A DNA stretch of 64,000 nt, taken from positions 12,152,001 to 12,216,000 of the forward strand of contig CM120646.1 of assembly GCA_051362555.1 (NCBI GenBank). The letters run 5' to 3'. Positions 55,430 through 64,000 of this stretch are shown here, in pieces. This DNA is from Lingula anatina. Taxonomy: Eukaryota; Animalia; Brachiopoda. The notes under the pieces were generated by a model that was not told where the DNA came from, made no database searches, and saw only the letters and a program-made list of their open reading frames with translations. Positions within the stretch are counted from its first letter, which is position 1. Every line of letters starts with the position of its first letter. A program made the position numbers and the translations under genes.

Positions 55430-56174
55430 AATGGTCTTAATCAACGAGAACGAACTGAATGCTTTGAAACAGAGAGTAAGCGCTAATTATTCCCCCTTTG
55501 TCGAAGAAACACTACGTTTAGAAAATGAAATGAAGAAAACTTTGCAAAGGACCGATGTACCATTCGATGAAAAAATGAGTATCTACAACGATCTTCAAAG
55601 TCAATATCTGAGTAAAGCGAGGAAACGCGAACCGGTTGCAGTTGTTGTGCACAATTCGTCACAACCATTAGAAGCACAACTTGGAGTTGACACCGCTGAC
55701 GCAACCGCAACCCCCACCGTCAAGTCAGAGGCTGGATCTGTATTACATCTTAAAGCCGAGATATTAGATGCAATACCACAGCGTGTGCGTCGCAAAGCTA
55801 ACGTAATTTTGAGATACATGTCTAACCAACCTAATGTGCTGTCGTATAATGATCAAGGGGAGTTGAAATACAATGGTAGAGTGTACGAAGGAAGCAATGT
55901 AGTAGATTTGTTTAACGATCTGTATGTACCCCGTAGGAATTACGAACCGCCAGGGCTTACTGTATTTTTAAAGGGTTTGAAACGTCTTAATGTACCACTA
56001 AATAACATCTCAAACGTAAAACGGCGCAACCAGATTATGTCGTTGGACACTTCTTCCAGTTCAACTCAGATGGGCTCGGGACATGTAGCAAAAACTAAAC
56101 TAGCTCCCCGGCCAACTCAGAGGAATTCGGGAAATGTAGTAAAATCTAAACTATCTTTATTCAACATATATTGA
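55413..56174 (+). CDS. Conserved Maverick protein of unknown function (PW/PZ-type)
   Basis: KMVL, LENEMKKTL...EKMSIY, YNDQGELKYNG...GSNVVDL, PPGLTVFLKGL...NVP; AATAAA follows the stop. Confidence 0.75.
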   Translation: MAGFNKMVLINENELNALKQRVSANYSPFVEETLRLENEMKKTLQRTDVPFDEKMSIYNDLQSQYLSKARKREPVAVVVHNSSQPLEAQLGVDTADATATPTVKSEAGSVLHLKAEILDAIPQRVRRKANVILRYMSNQPNVLSYNDQGELKYNGRVYEGSNVVDLFNDLYVPRRNYEPPGLTVFLKGLKRLNVPLNNISNVKRRNQIMSLDTSSSSTQMGSGHVAKTKLAPRPTQRNSGNVVKSKLSLFNIY

Positions 56175-56239
56175 AATAAAATAATAACATAAAACATATT
56201 TGCACAGCTGTATTTTTATTATTACTCGAATAAATGTGT

Positions 56240-56767
56240 TTAATACAATATTCCTAGTGACTTCTTTGATCTACAAACTTGAAAACACGCGTTTACACAG
56301 AAGGGTATGTTGCAATGTGCATTAACATAATCATACACTAATATATCATTAAATTGTTTGTCGCTGGTGAATTTACTAAGTATCTGTTCTAATTTTTTTC
56401 CACGAGACCTATTCATCAAGTAATATATACAGTATTGTCCACACACTTTGGTATACAGGCTCTGTAATGTCCTAGTGTTACAATTCCACCCAGATAAAGA
56501 GTTTTCATCTAAAAAACGTTTAAAAGCTGCGTTGTAATAATAAGGTGATTTCGCATAAGAGTCAAAGAACTCTCCGTGTCCCTGTTCATCAAAGTAAAAA
56601 GCAACCCAGTGCACGCCCGGTTTATCGTGAGGATCCGTATTAGCCACGAGGCATGCTGGATAAGTCCATATCTTTTTGGGCAACGCGTCTGATGCAAACA
56701 CCCCTTGAAAACATGTACTCGTAACCGGATCAGTCTGAAGAATGCATTCTATTTGCTTCGTATTCAT
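56240..56767 (-). CDS. Adenain-like cysteine (maturation) protease
   Basis: NTDPHDKPGVHWVAF (His), EFFDSY (Asp), LQS...VCGQYC (Gln/Cys). Confidence 0.92.
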   Translation of the reverse strand: MNTKQIECILQTDPVTSTCFQGVFASDALPKKIWTYPACLVANTDPHDKPGVHWVAFYFDEQGHGEFFDSYAKSPYYYNAAFKRFLDENSLSGWNCNTRTLQSLYTKVCGQYCIYYLMNRSRGKKLEQILSKFTSDKQFNDILVYDYVNAHCNIPFCVNACFQVCRSKKSLGILY

Positions 56768-56770
56768 ATT

Positions 56771-58090
56771 TTAATATTCTACAAAAACGCTCCTACGTTG
56801 GTCAATTTTGATAACTGAATCAAATTCTGCCATGACAAGCAACACGATATTGTTAATCTGTTGTCCAAACTCCAGATCGATGTTAAGCGAACCCTGCTTT
56901 GTTGGAGTTATATAATTGTCAAAGGTTTGATCAGGGGTTAGATCGTGAGCGAATAAAACATATCCATTCAGGTATTGAGTTCTATCAATATCGATGCTGT
57001 GCTCTCCGTCTGCCGCTCCAACTGCTGACAAAAGATCATAATACGCCCTTAAGTAGTTTAACCCCCCTTGAACACTAAAATCAAAATTGTAAGGTTTGAA
57101 TGGTATTTGTTCCCCCGCCACCATTAATCGAAGTTGCCTTAAATCGTTGTGTTTGAAATTAAACGGATTCTTTGTATAATCTCCCGAAAAAGCATCATCT
57201 TCCAACAAAGCCAAAAGAATACGTTTAGGCATGCGTCCAAAATACGCATTGTCAATATGAGCCGTTCTTACACCATTGGGTAAATTGATAACTTTGACTT
57301 CCCTTCTAGTCATGGGATAACATGCTACGTGTTTGGCTAATATGTTCTCATGAGCCAGTTTCAACCGATCAGATACTTTGACTCTCCTTACAAAAAGGGA
57401 TATGTTTTTGATCAGAAATTGTTCTTGTGCATCCGTGTCCGACATAAGGCAAAATGCATGCGACGTCCTTCGCAACTTGATTCGTACGTCCACTTGATTC
57501 AGAAGAAGCTTGTTTTGAGTGGCTAAGTCAATTTTTAACGGTCCATACATTTCAACCCTCCTGCTCCTTTGAAACCAAGAATTACGGGCCTTAAATCCTT
57601 CATTCCCTGGGTCTCCGTCTACATCAACGTCATCCATCAGTCCATCGGTATCTTGGTAATACATTTCCGAAGTTAAAAGCGATTCTTTAGCATTTTTCCC
57701 ATAATACAATAAATTTTCCAAGTATGCGCGGTAGGCATATGTATTCTGTCCCACAGTTATTAAATGGTCATTCAACTCTACGTCGACCGCTGTAAATAGG
57801 GAGTGTAGCGTGTTATTCACAACTGACGTGTTTTGTCCTGCATCGATGTCAGTTCCATCTGCTTTAACAATTTGACCTTCAACGTATAGGTTGATTTGCG
57901 TCGTATCGATATATTCGTCGGGTGTTCCTTTAATGACAAATTCTATTACGGGGCTCACATCTGCAACCGCAGTGAGAGGTCTCACTTCTTCAAAATAGCT
58001 CGATAACAGATCGGTCTGCATATGATCGCGTATATTCGAAAATATATCCAGTTCAGTTCTGACGATGGGATCATTTTCAGTGTTATTCAT
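56771..58090 (-). CDS. Major capsid protein (double jelly-roll, PY)
   Basis: 439 aa; ELDIF, VNNTLHSLFTAVDVELN, YAYRAYLENLLYY, LLLNQVDVRIKLRR, FSGDYTKNPFNFKH, LFAHDLTPD. Confidence 0.9.
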   Translation of the reverse strand: MNNTENDPIVRTELDIFSNIRDHMQTDLLSSYFEEVRPLTAVADVSPVIEFVIKGTPDEYIDTTQINLYVEGQIVKADGTDIDAGQNTSVVNNTLHSLFTAVDVELNDHLITVGQNTYAYRAYLENLLYYGKNAKESLLTSEMYYQDTDGLMDDVDVDGDPGNEGFKARNSWFQRSRRVEMYGPLKIDLATQNKLLLNQVDVRIKLRRTSHAFCLMSDTDAQEQFLIKNISLFVRRVKVSDRLKLAHENILAKHVACYPMTRREVKVINLPNGVRTAHIDNAYFGRMPKRILLALLEDDAFSGDYTKNPFNFKHNDLRQLRLMVAGEQIPFKPYNFDFSVQGGLNYLRAYYDLLSAVGAADGEHSIDIDRTQYLNGYVLFAHDLTPDQTFDNYITPTKQGSLNIDLEFGQQINNIVLLVMAEFDSVIKIDQRRSVFVEY

Positions 58091-58092
58091 GT

Positions 58093-58470
58093 CTAAAAAT
58101 TCGTTTCTCGTGCCTTGAATGAACGTGACTGTTTTGGTCGTCTACCTTTTACTCTTCTGGTTGCTTTAGGTGTGTTGTTCTTTTTTATAGTCATGGCGTT
58201 TAACGTTTTCCTTATGACGTCACCATTAACATAAAGTTTTGACTTCGGAGTACGACTTCTTTTACGTTTCTTCTTTACTGCGGGTTGTTCTGTGCGTTTC
58301 GGGTTATTCTGTCTATCTACATGCAATATTTCAGCGTGTCTAGGTTGAAATAACCTACCATTGCCTCTTTGCATTCGTGATTGTACCCTTGTACCTCTAA
58401 ATTTATGAATGGACCCTCCGCCCACCTGTGCTTCGTATCTTTTTACTAACGCTACGTATACAGGATCCAT
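58093..58470 (-). CDS. Basic core-like protein with Gly-rich putative protease cleavage sites
   Basis: YEAQVGGG...FRG...MQRGNG followed by a K/R-rich tail; located between the minor and major capsid genes. Confidence 0.65.
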   Translation of the reverse strand: MDPVYVALVKRYEAQVGGGSIHKFRGTRVQSRMQRGNGRLFQPRHAEILHVDRQNNPKRTEQPAVKKKRKRSRTPKSKLYVNGDVIRKTLNAMTIKKNNTPKATRRVKGRRPKQSRSFKARETNF

Positions 58471-58472
58471 TT

Positions 58473-59204
58473 TTATAATAAACTCTTTCTGCGAAAATGA
58501 AGTGTCGCTATAGCCTTCCCGCTATCAAACTGCACAAGTTCACCCGTGTCACGACTTATATCTATTCGAATTGTGTCAATATGACGACGATTTAGAGGGA
58601 TGTAAATGGGATTGTCAAATGTTTTTGTGACCACTTGTCCGTAAACACCATTAATATCAACAATCCTCAGTAAATTTGCCGAAGCGTCCCCTACCATCTG
58701 ATTTTGTATAATATCTGTATACACGTAGAGGGAATTGAACCCTAACGTCATGTTTGGAGGGTAAGGGGCTATTGTATCTGCATTAACTCTGACATTCGGT
58801 TTAAACCCTAGCATTGTCGCCATGTCTCCCGCAACATCGATGTAGGCCCCCGATTTCAAGTGAACTGTAACTCGTCTGCTGATAATGTTATAACCCAACG
58901 TTATGTTTGTTTTTCCAATAGCTGTTAACTGATCGTGAATTGCAGTTATTAGATCGCCAACTGTCGGATAATACCCTGCAGTAATGTTTAACGTATTTGT
59001 TTTTACCCCGTCGTAATATGTCAATACACCGTTCTGAATATTGTTCCACGAATATGGGTACTGTAGTTCAACCAATGCGACTTCAAAATCCCCTTCTAGA
59101 TTAAGTGACGATGACAGTTTTGTTTGGAATGTCTCGGGTCTGTTGTTAGGGAAATACTTAAAGCTGCTGTTTGACGGTAAGATAACATGAAAAGACGACG
59201 CCAT
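58473..59204 (-). CDS. Minor capsid/penton protein (PX), 243 aa
   Basis: MASSFHVILPSNSSFKYFPNN, FEVALVELQYP, LYVYTDII...VGD...LLRIV, LHFRR. Confidence 0.88.
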   Translation of the reverse strand: MASSFHVILPSNSSFKYFPNNRPETFQTKLSSSLNLEGDFEVALVELQYPYSWNNIQNGVLTYYDGVKTNTLNITAGYYPTVGDLITAIHDQLTAIGKTNITLGYNIISRRVTVHLKSGAYIDVAGDMATMLGFKPNVRVNADTIAPYPPNMTLGFNSLYVYTDIIQNQMVGDASANLLRIVDINGVYGQVVTKTFDNPIYIPLNRRHIDTIRIDISRDTGELVQFDSGKAIATLHFRRKSLL

Positions 59205-59242
59205 CCTTTCAAATGAGGTGTTTTGTCTGGTACCGGTTACAT

Positions 59243-60223
59243 TTATGTTTTTTGTACATCCTTCGAATCTACCCAAGTATTGAAACGATCATCATAACCT
59301 ACCCATTTTACAAAAAGCTGCCTAGTTTTCCCCTTTCCACGGGTCTTTAAAATTTTCTCGATACGATACACGTCGTCAGTTTTAATAACTTTAATCATTT
59401 CTGGTTCGTACAAGACACCTTCGATTTGCTCTCCATTGTAATCTTTCACCTTATACACAGGAGGTGTTCTGTTTAATCTTTCTGATATTGTAAATATTTC
59501 CTGTGTCCATCCCTGTTCGTATCCTTTTGCAAAAGGGGTGCGTGTTTTGCTTAATCTTACAGTATCTCCTACTTGAAATTTAAACCCCGACTTCCCTATT
59601 TTTACTTTTCCATACAAGTTTTTCCACACAATGTTTGCATTTCGTGGATTCACATCGATTGGGGCCATCTTTATGCTTCGATGTTTTGCATGGTTGTATC
59701 CTGTCATCAAGTCGTTTAGGACTGTCACATACGTTAACGTACTGTTTGCTGTGAAATATCTGTACAAACGGGTCTTTATGCTTCTGTTAAAACGCTCAAC
59801 CACAGAGCTTTTTCTTTCCGATTTTGTTGTGAAAAAAGCTATGCCTTGACTCTTGAGGTACGCTTGAAATTTTCTATTTGTAAATTCTGTCCCTGCATCA
59901 GTTTGAAGTACCAGTGGCTTTCTGCCTTCGGAAACAATGCCTTTAAACGCATCTAATACATTGTCCGCTGATTTTGATTTGATTGGAACTGCCCATGCGT
60001 ATTTTGAAAATATATCAATCACGGTTAACAAGAATTTCATTCCTTTATTGTATTTTGCTATTTTACTGAGGTCTGCCAGATCACCCTGCCATTGATCATC
60101 AATATAATTCACCATGACGCGATTTGTACTGAATTGTTTCCTAACCGGTGCATGTAATGTATACACATCTTGGGCGGCTAGAAAAATGAATGTGAGAATA
60201 ACGAGGAGGATATGATCATACAT
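59243..60223 (-). CDS. Retroviral-like DDE integrase with C-terminal chromodomain; native N-terminus apparently truncated at 60185
   Basis: QDVYTLHAPVRK, QWQGDLAD, IDIFSKYAW, LQTDAGTEF, VVERFNRSIK; chromodomain YRIEKILK...FVKWVGY...NTWV. Codons upstream of 60185 are antisense pPolB sequence, with an in-frame ATG at 60223. Confidence 0.9.
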   Translation of the reverse strand: MYDHILLVILTFIFLAAQDVYTLHAPVRKQFSTNRVMVNYIDDQWQGDLADLSKIAKYNKGMKFLLTVIDIFSKYAWAVPIKSKSADNVLDAFKGIVSEGRKPLVLQTDAGTEFTNRKFQAYLKSQGIAFFTTKSERKSSVVERFNRSIKTRLYRYFTANSTLTYVTVLNDLMTGYNHAKHRSIKMAPIDVNPRNANIVWKNLYGKVKIGKSGFKFQVGDTVRLSKTRTPFAKGYEQGWTQEIFTISERLNRTPPVYKVKDYNGEQIEGVLYEPEMIKVIKTDDVYRIEKILKTRGKGKTRQLFVKWVGYDDRFNTWVDSKDVQKT

Positions 60224-63200
60224 AATGGGGCTATATTGTTGGCACACAACATGTCTGGTTATGATGGTTTTTTCCTCTTAAAATGGCTCAAAGACCAATG
60301 TATCGTTCCTGAGGTGATATTACGGGGCGCCAAGGTGCTTTCTATTAAGGTGGGCGATATAACCGTTATTGATTCTTACAGCTTCCTCCCCATGGCACTC
60401 AACAAACTTCCCGCTGCATTTGGTCTAGATGAATCCCTGTCAAAGGGCTACTTCCCCCACTTCTTTAATACCCCTGAAAACCAAGACTATAGGGGTAAAA
60501 TGCCCGCCACTAATTTCTATGGCTCTGATTCAATGTCTACCGGTGCGAGAGAAAAATTTTTGGCATGGTACAATGATCAGGTTAGTCAAAACTATATATT
60601 TGATTTCCAAAAGGAAATACTCATATACTGCCGCATGGACGTCACCATTCTTCGGCAAGCATGTCTCCGATTCAGGAAATTGATGCTTGATATAACAGTT
60701 GCGAATGGTGTGGAAATTGATGTTTTTTACAGATCTATCACTATAGCCAGCGCATGCAATGTTGTGTTCAGATCTTTATTTCTTATGCAAAACACGATCG
60801 GCATTATTCCAGCACAGGGTTATAAGCCGAAAAACAAAACGTCCGTGAAAGCAGCTAAATGGTTGCGGTATAGGGCGGAGCGTGACAATGTCTTTATACA
60901 GCATGCTCATAATCAGGGAGAAAAGAAAATAGGAAAGTTTGTCGTTGATGGTTGGGCGTCAACAACTAACACTGTCTACGAGTATCAGGGGTGTTTTTGG
61001 CATGGGTGTCCAAAATGTTACAACAGTTACAATATCAACAATGTCAATTTGAGGACAATGGGTGAGTTGTTAGAAAGGACGGTGGATAAGAAGCATGCGC
61101 TTCAGTCTTTAGGTTTCAACTACATAGAGGTATGGGAGTGTGAGTTTGACAGGGTCATACGGGAGGATGCTGGCGTGAAAGAAATAGTGGATAGCGTGAA
61201 CGTTGTCGATTGTATTGATCCTCGTGAAGCCTTTTACGGGGGCAGGACGAACGCAGTCAAGCTTTTTTGTCAGGCAGATCAGGGACAGAAAATACGTTAC
61301 ATTGACGTGTGTAGTCTATATCCCTATGTCAACAAATACAAACCATACCCCCTCTGTCACCCCACCATCATAACCGAAAACTTTGGTCCTCTTAGCGAGT
61401 ATGAAGGTTTAGTCAAATGTACTATTCTTCCTCCTCACGGCCTTTATCATCCTGTCCTTCCCTATAGATCACAAGGGAAACTAACATTTCCTCTTTGTCG
61501 CACATGCGCTGACACACTGCAGCAGTCACGGTGTGAGCATAATGACGAAGAGCGTTGTATGACAGGTACATGGGTTACGGTCGAGTTAAAAAAGGCCGTT
61601 TCCAAGGGCTATGTGATTAAACAAATGCACAATGTCTGGCATTATGATCATGTTAGCGAATACAACCCAATCACCAAAACGGGGGGTCTTTTCTCTGACT
61701 ATATCAATACATTTCTCAAGCTCAAACAAGAGGCCAGCGGCTATCCACCAGAGTGCACGACACCACAGCTCAAAAGAGACTACATTGCTTCCTACTTCAC
61801 CAAAGAGGGCATTCGACTAGACCCTAACCAAATTAAGAAGAACCCAGGCCTGAGGGCTTTGTCTAAACTGATGCTTAACAGCTTTTGGGGTACGTATAAA
61901 CAGAGGTAGCATTCATTTATTACATACACTATGTCTGAGGTTCACGCATGATTCCAATATTTGTATTTGTCATTCACCGTAAATAATGGTAATAACATCG
62001 TACGTACATTTGCATATTACATCTGTCCTTGATGCTTTATTATGTTTACACCTTGTTTATTCACATCATACAATATTACAGTACTTCTCATCCGTGCATT
62101 TTCACTATCCTTACTCGCATAGTTATGTTATTATTTTTTATGTTTGTTATTTCAGGCAAATTCGGTCAACGAATGAACATGACACAGTCCGAATACGTCA
62201 CCGAGGTGGACGAGTACTTTGCACTGCTGTTGAACAAATCCGTCGATGTCACCAACGTGATGTTTTTAACCGATGATATGGTGGAGGTACACTACAAACA
62301 CCAATCTGAGTTTAATGAATGCTCCGATAAGACCAACGTCGTCATAGCCGCGTACACCACCGCCCACGCTCGTATGGTTCTTTACAGCGCCATAGAGGTC
62401 CTGGATCGAAACGTTCTTTACTTTGACACGGACTCAATCATCTTCCTGGACGATGGCAGTGCACAAACCAACGCCTACCTAAATACCATCATGGGCAGCT
62501 ACCTTGGCGACTTCACCGATGAGCTAGATGAGGGGGACCACATCACCACCTTCGTGTCGGGCGGGCCGAAAAACTACGCATACGTTACCGCAAAGGGAAA
62601 GACAATTTGTAAAGTGAGGGGTATCTCACTGAATTATGAAACCTCACAAATAGTGAACTATGAGACTTTACGTAACATGGTACACGGTATAGGTCCGAAA
62701 GAGGTGTCAACAACTACACATCATAAAATTGTGCGAGACACTCTGAATAAAGAACTGCTCTCTAAAAGGGAGGATAAAGTTTACCGGGTTGTGTACACTA
62801 AACGTGTCATTCAGCAAGACTCATTTGATACACTACCATACGGCTATTAACTTTCATAAATTGCCGAGTAGTGTTGTTTATATATTTATCATTTTTCATT
62901 TTGTTGTACATACATTGTTTTGCTGTTTTAATCTGTGCATGTAATTGATAGATTCACTATACTCACTTTGCACTGCATTATGCATAATTATTATCTTTTA
63001 GTAAATTAGACATTTATGTACATTGTTTTAATGTTTTAATGTGTATATACAACTGTTCACTATGATCAACTTACAATGCAATTATGTATTTCAATAAAAT
63101 CATGTTTTATTTACAAATTTACTTGTTTATCACTACATTGTGCCTTTTTCCTTAGTAATTCTTTAAAATCTCCTACATGCCCAGGCCCGTTCTGTGACGT

Positions 63201-63386
63201 CATCCGTTACCATAGTGAAACGTAAACAAAAATAGGGAGTCTCGTTTGTTTACATTAAAAAAATTGTTTGTTTATTTTGTAAACATCCCCATTGTCCGGT
63301 ATAGGTTTTTCATTGTTCAAATGATGTAACATAACAAAAGAAAAAAGTGGAATTCTTTTCTCCCGTATAGTACGGATGTAACTACT
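60186..63386. repeat. Right arm of the 3,201-bp terminal inverted repeat
   Basis: Inverted copy of 48310-51510. The only difference noticed is codon GAG (left, 50065-50063) versus AAT (right, 61631-61633). Confidence 0.95.
60212..62850 (+). CDS. 5'-truncated duplicate of pPolB; exons 60212-61889 and 62156-62850, ~790 aa; expression unknown
   Basis: Same translation as the left copy from MIIHNGAILLAHN onward except E>N; same 266-nt intron at 61890-62155; lacks the N-terminal region and Exo I. Confidence 0.7.
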
Positions 63387-63828
63387 GGGACTATGATATT
63401 CAATTTTAATCAAAATTTTTTGAATGCATGGAAAAAGCTAAGTAAAAATTGGACATTTAAAGCGACTGAAATTCATTTTAACAGTTTATATCTAATAATT
63501 ATACACTTGTGCCAAATTTCTGTACGATAATAAGTCCACTGTAACTGATGTCTAAGTCTCTGCGGAGACGAAACGGAGGGGGTGCAATTAAAGTAGGCCT
63601 ATTAGAAGTAACGCTACGATAAGTTGCATAACAATAAAAAAATTAAAAAGTGGATATAGAATTTCAAAAATGTCTAGACATTAGCTGCCTAATACTATTC
63701 ACGACAATATTCCACCGATATTTCAACGGGAGTGAGGTCTTTAAAAAGACGTCGACTTCTTAACGTGCCCGGACACGCCGTACTTTCACGTGTACCGCTC
63801 TTATCACGCCGGCGTCAGAATAACGACC

Positions 63829-63964
63829 ATGTCACCGTGTAACGGCTGTCTTCCAGTTTTCCAGTACTGTGAGCCGGGTATTTTACGATGTGTGGACTGT
63901 AGTTTACCTTGTGGTGCCAAGGACAACCAGCTGTTGCAGTTTGACTGTATGCAACACTGTAAAG
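63829..63964 (+). CDS. First coding exon of a second single-CRD TNF-receptor-like gene (partial)
   Basis: MSPCNGCLPVFQYCEPGILRCVDCSLPCGAKDNQLLQFDCMQHCK followed by a G|GTAGG donor (phase 1, as in the 45376 gene); Cys spacing resembles Grindelwald/BCMA. Confidence 0.55.
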
Positions 63965-64000
63965 GTAGGTGACTATGTACGGCAAGCTCTGAGATGCCGC

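Larger units (their letters stand above)
48310..63386. mobile_element. Maverick/Polinton (adintovirus-like endogenous virus), 15,077 bp
   Basis: Ends AGTAGTTACATCCG...CGGATGTAACTACT; 6-bp TSD GGGACT at 48304-48309 and 63387-63392; pPolB, ATPase, protease, MCP, mCP and integrase genes. Confidence 0.97.

Noticed and set aside
59205-59276. 24-aa N-terminal extension of the penton ORF
   Set aside because: It overlaps the integrase end; the family-typical start MASSFHVILPSN is at ATG 59204.
48310-63386. Two separate or nested Maverick insertions
   Set aside because: One TSD pair brackets the whole unit, the arms are near-identical, and no terminus or TSD is present at the internal junction.

Overview
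AT-rich, intron-rich animal genomic DNA; an invertebrate is likely, but the taxon is inference only. Host genes: the 5' part of UNC80 (minus strand, runs off the window start), CCDC127 (plus, 2 coding exons), MRPL39 (minus) head-to-head with CFAP45 (plus), and two single-CRD TNF-receptor-like genes (Grindelwald/BCMA type). Between the TNFR-like genes sits a 15,077-bp Maverick/Polinton (48310-63386) with AGTAGT...ACTACT ends and a perfect 6-bp GGGACT target-site duplication. It encodes pPolB, packaging ATPase, adenain protease, major and minor capsids, a core-like protein and a retroviral-like integrase. Two features of the element are unusual. First, its terminal inverted repeat is 3,201 bp, because an inverted copy of the 3' part of pPolB appears to have replaced the original right end and the integrase N-terminus. 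Second, pPolB is split by a 266-nt GT-AG intron inside polymerase motif B. Other oddities: a 39-bp x9 in-frame array of 3' splice sites in CFAP45, a tandem exon+intron array at 41-43 kb, and several CAGGG-ended MITEs with 5-bp TSDs. All calls come from reading the sequence and recalling protein families; no searches were run.
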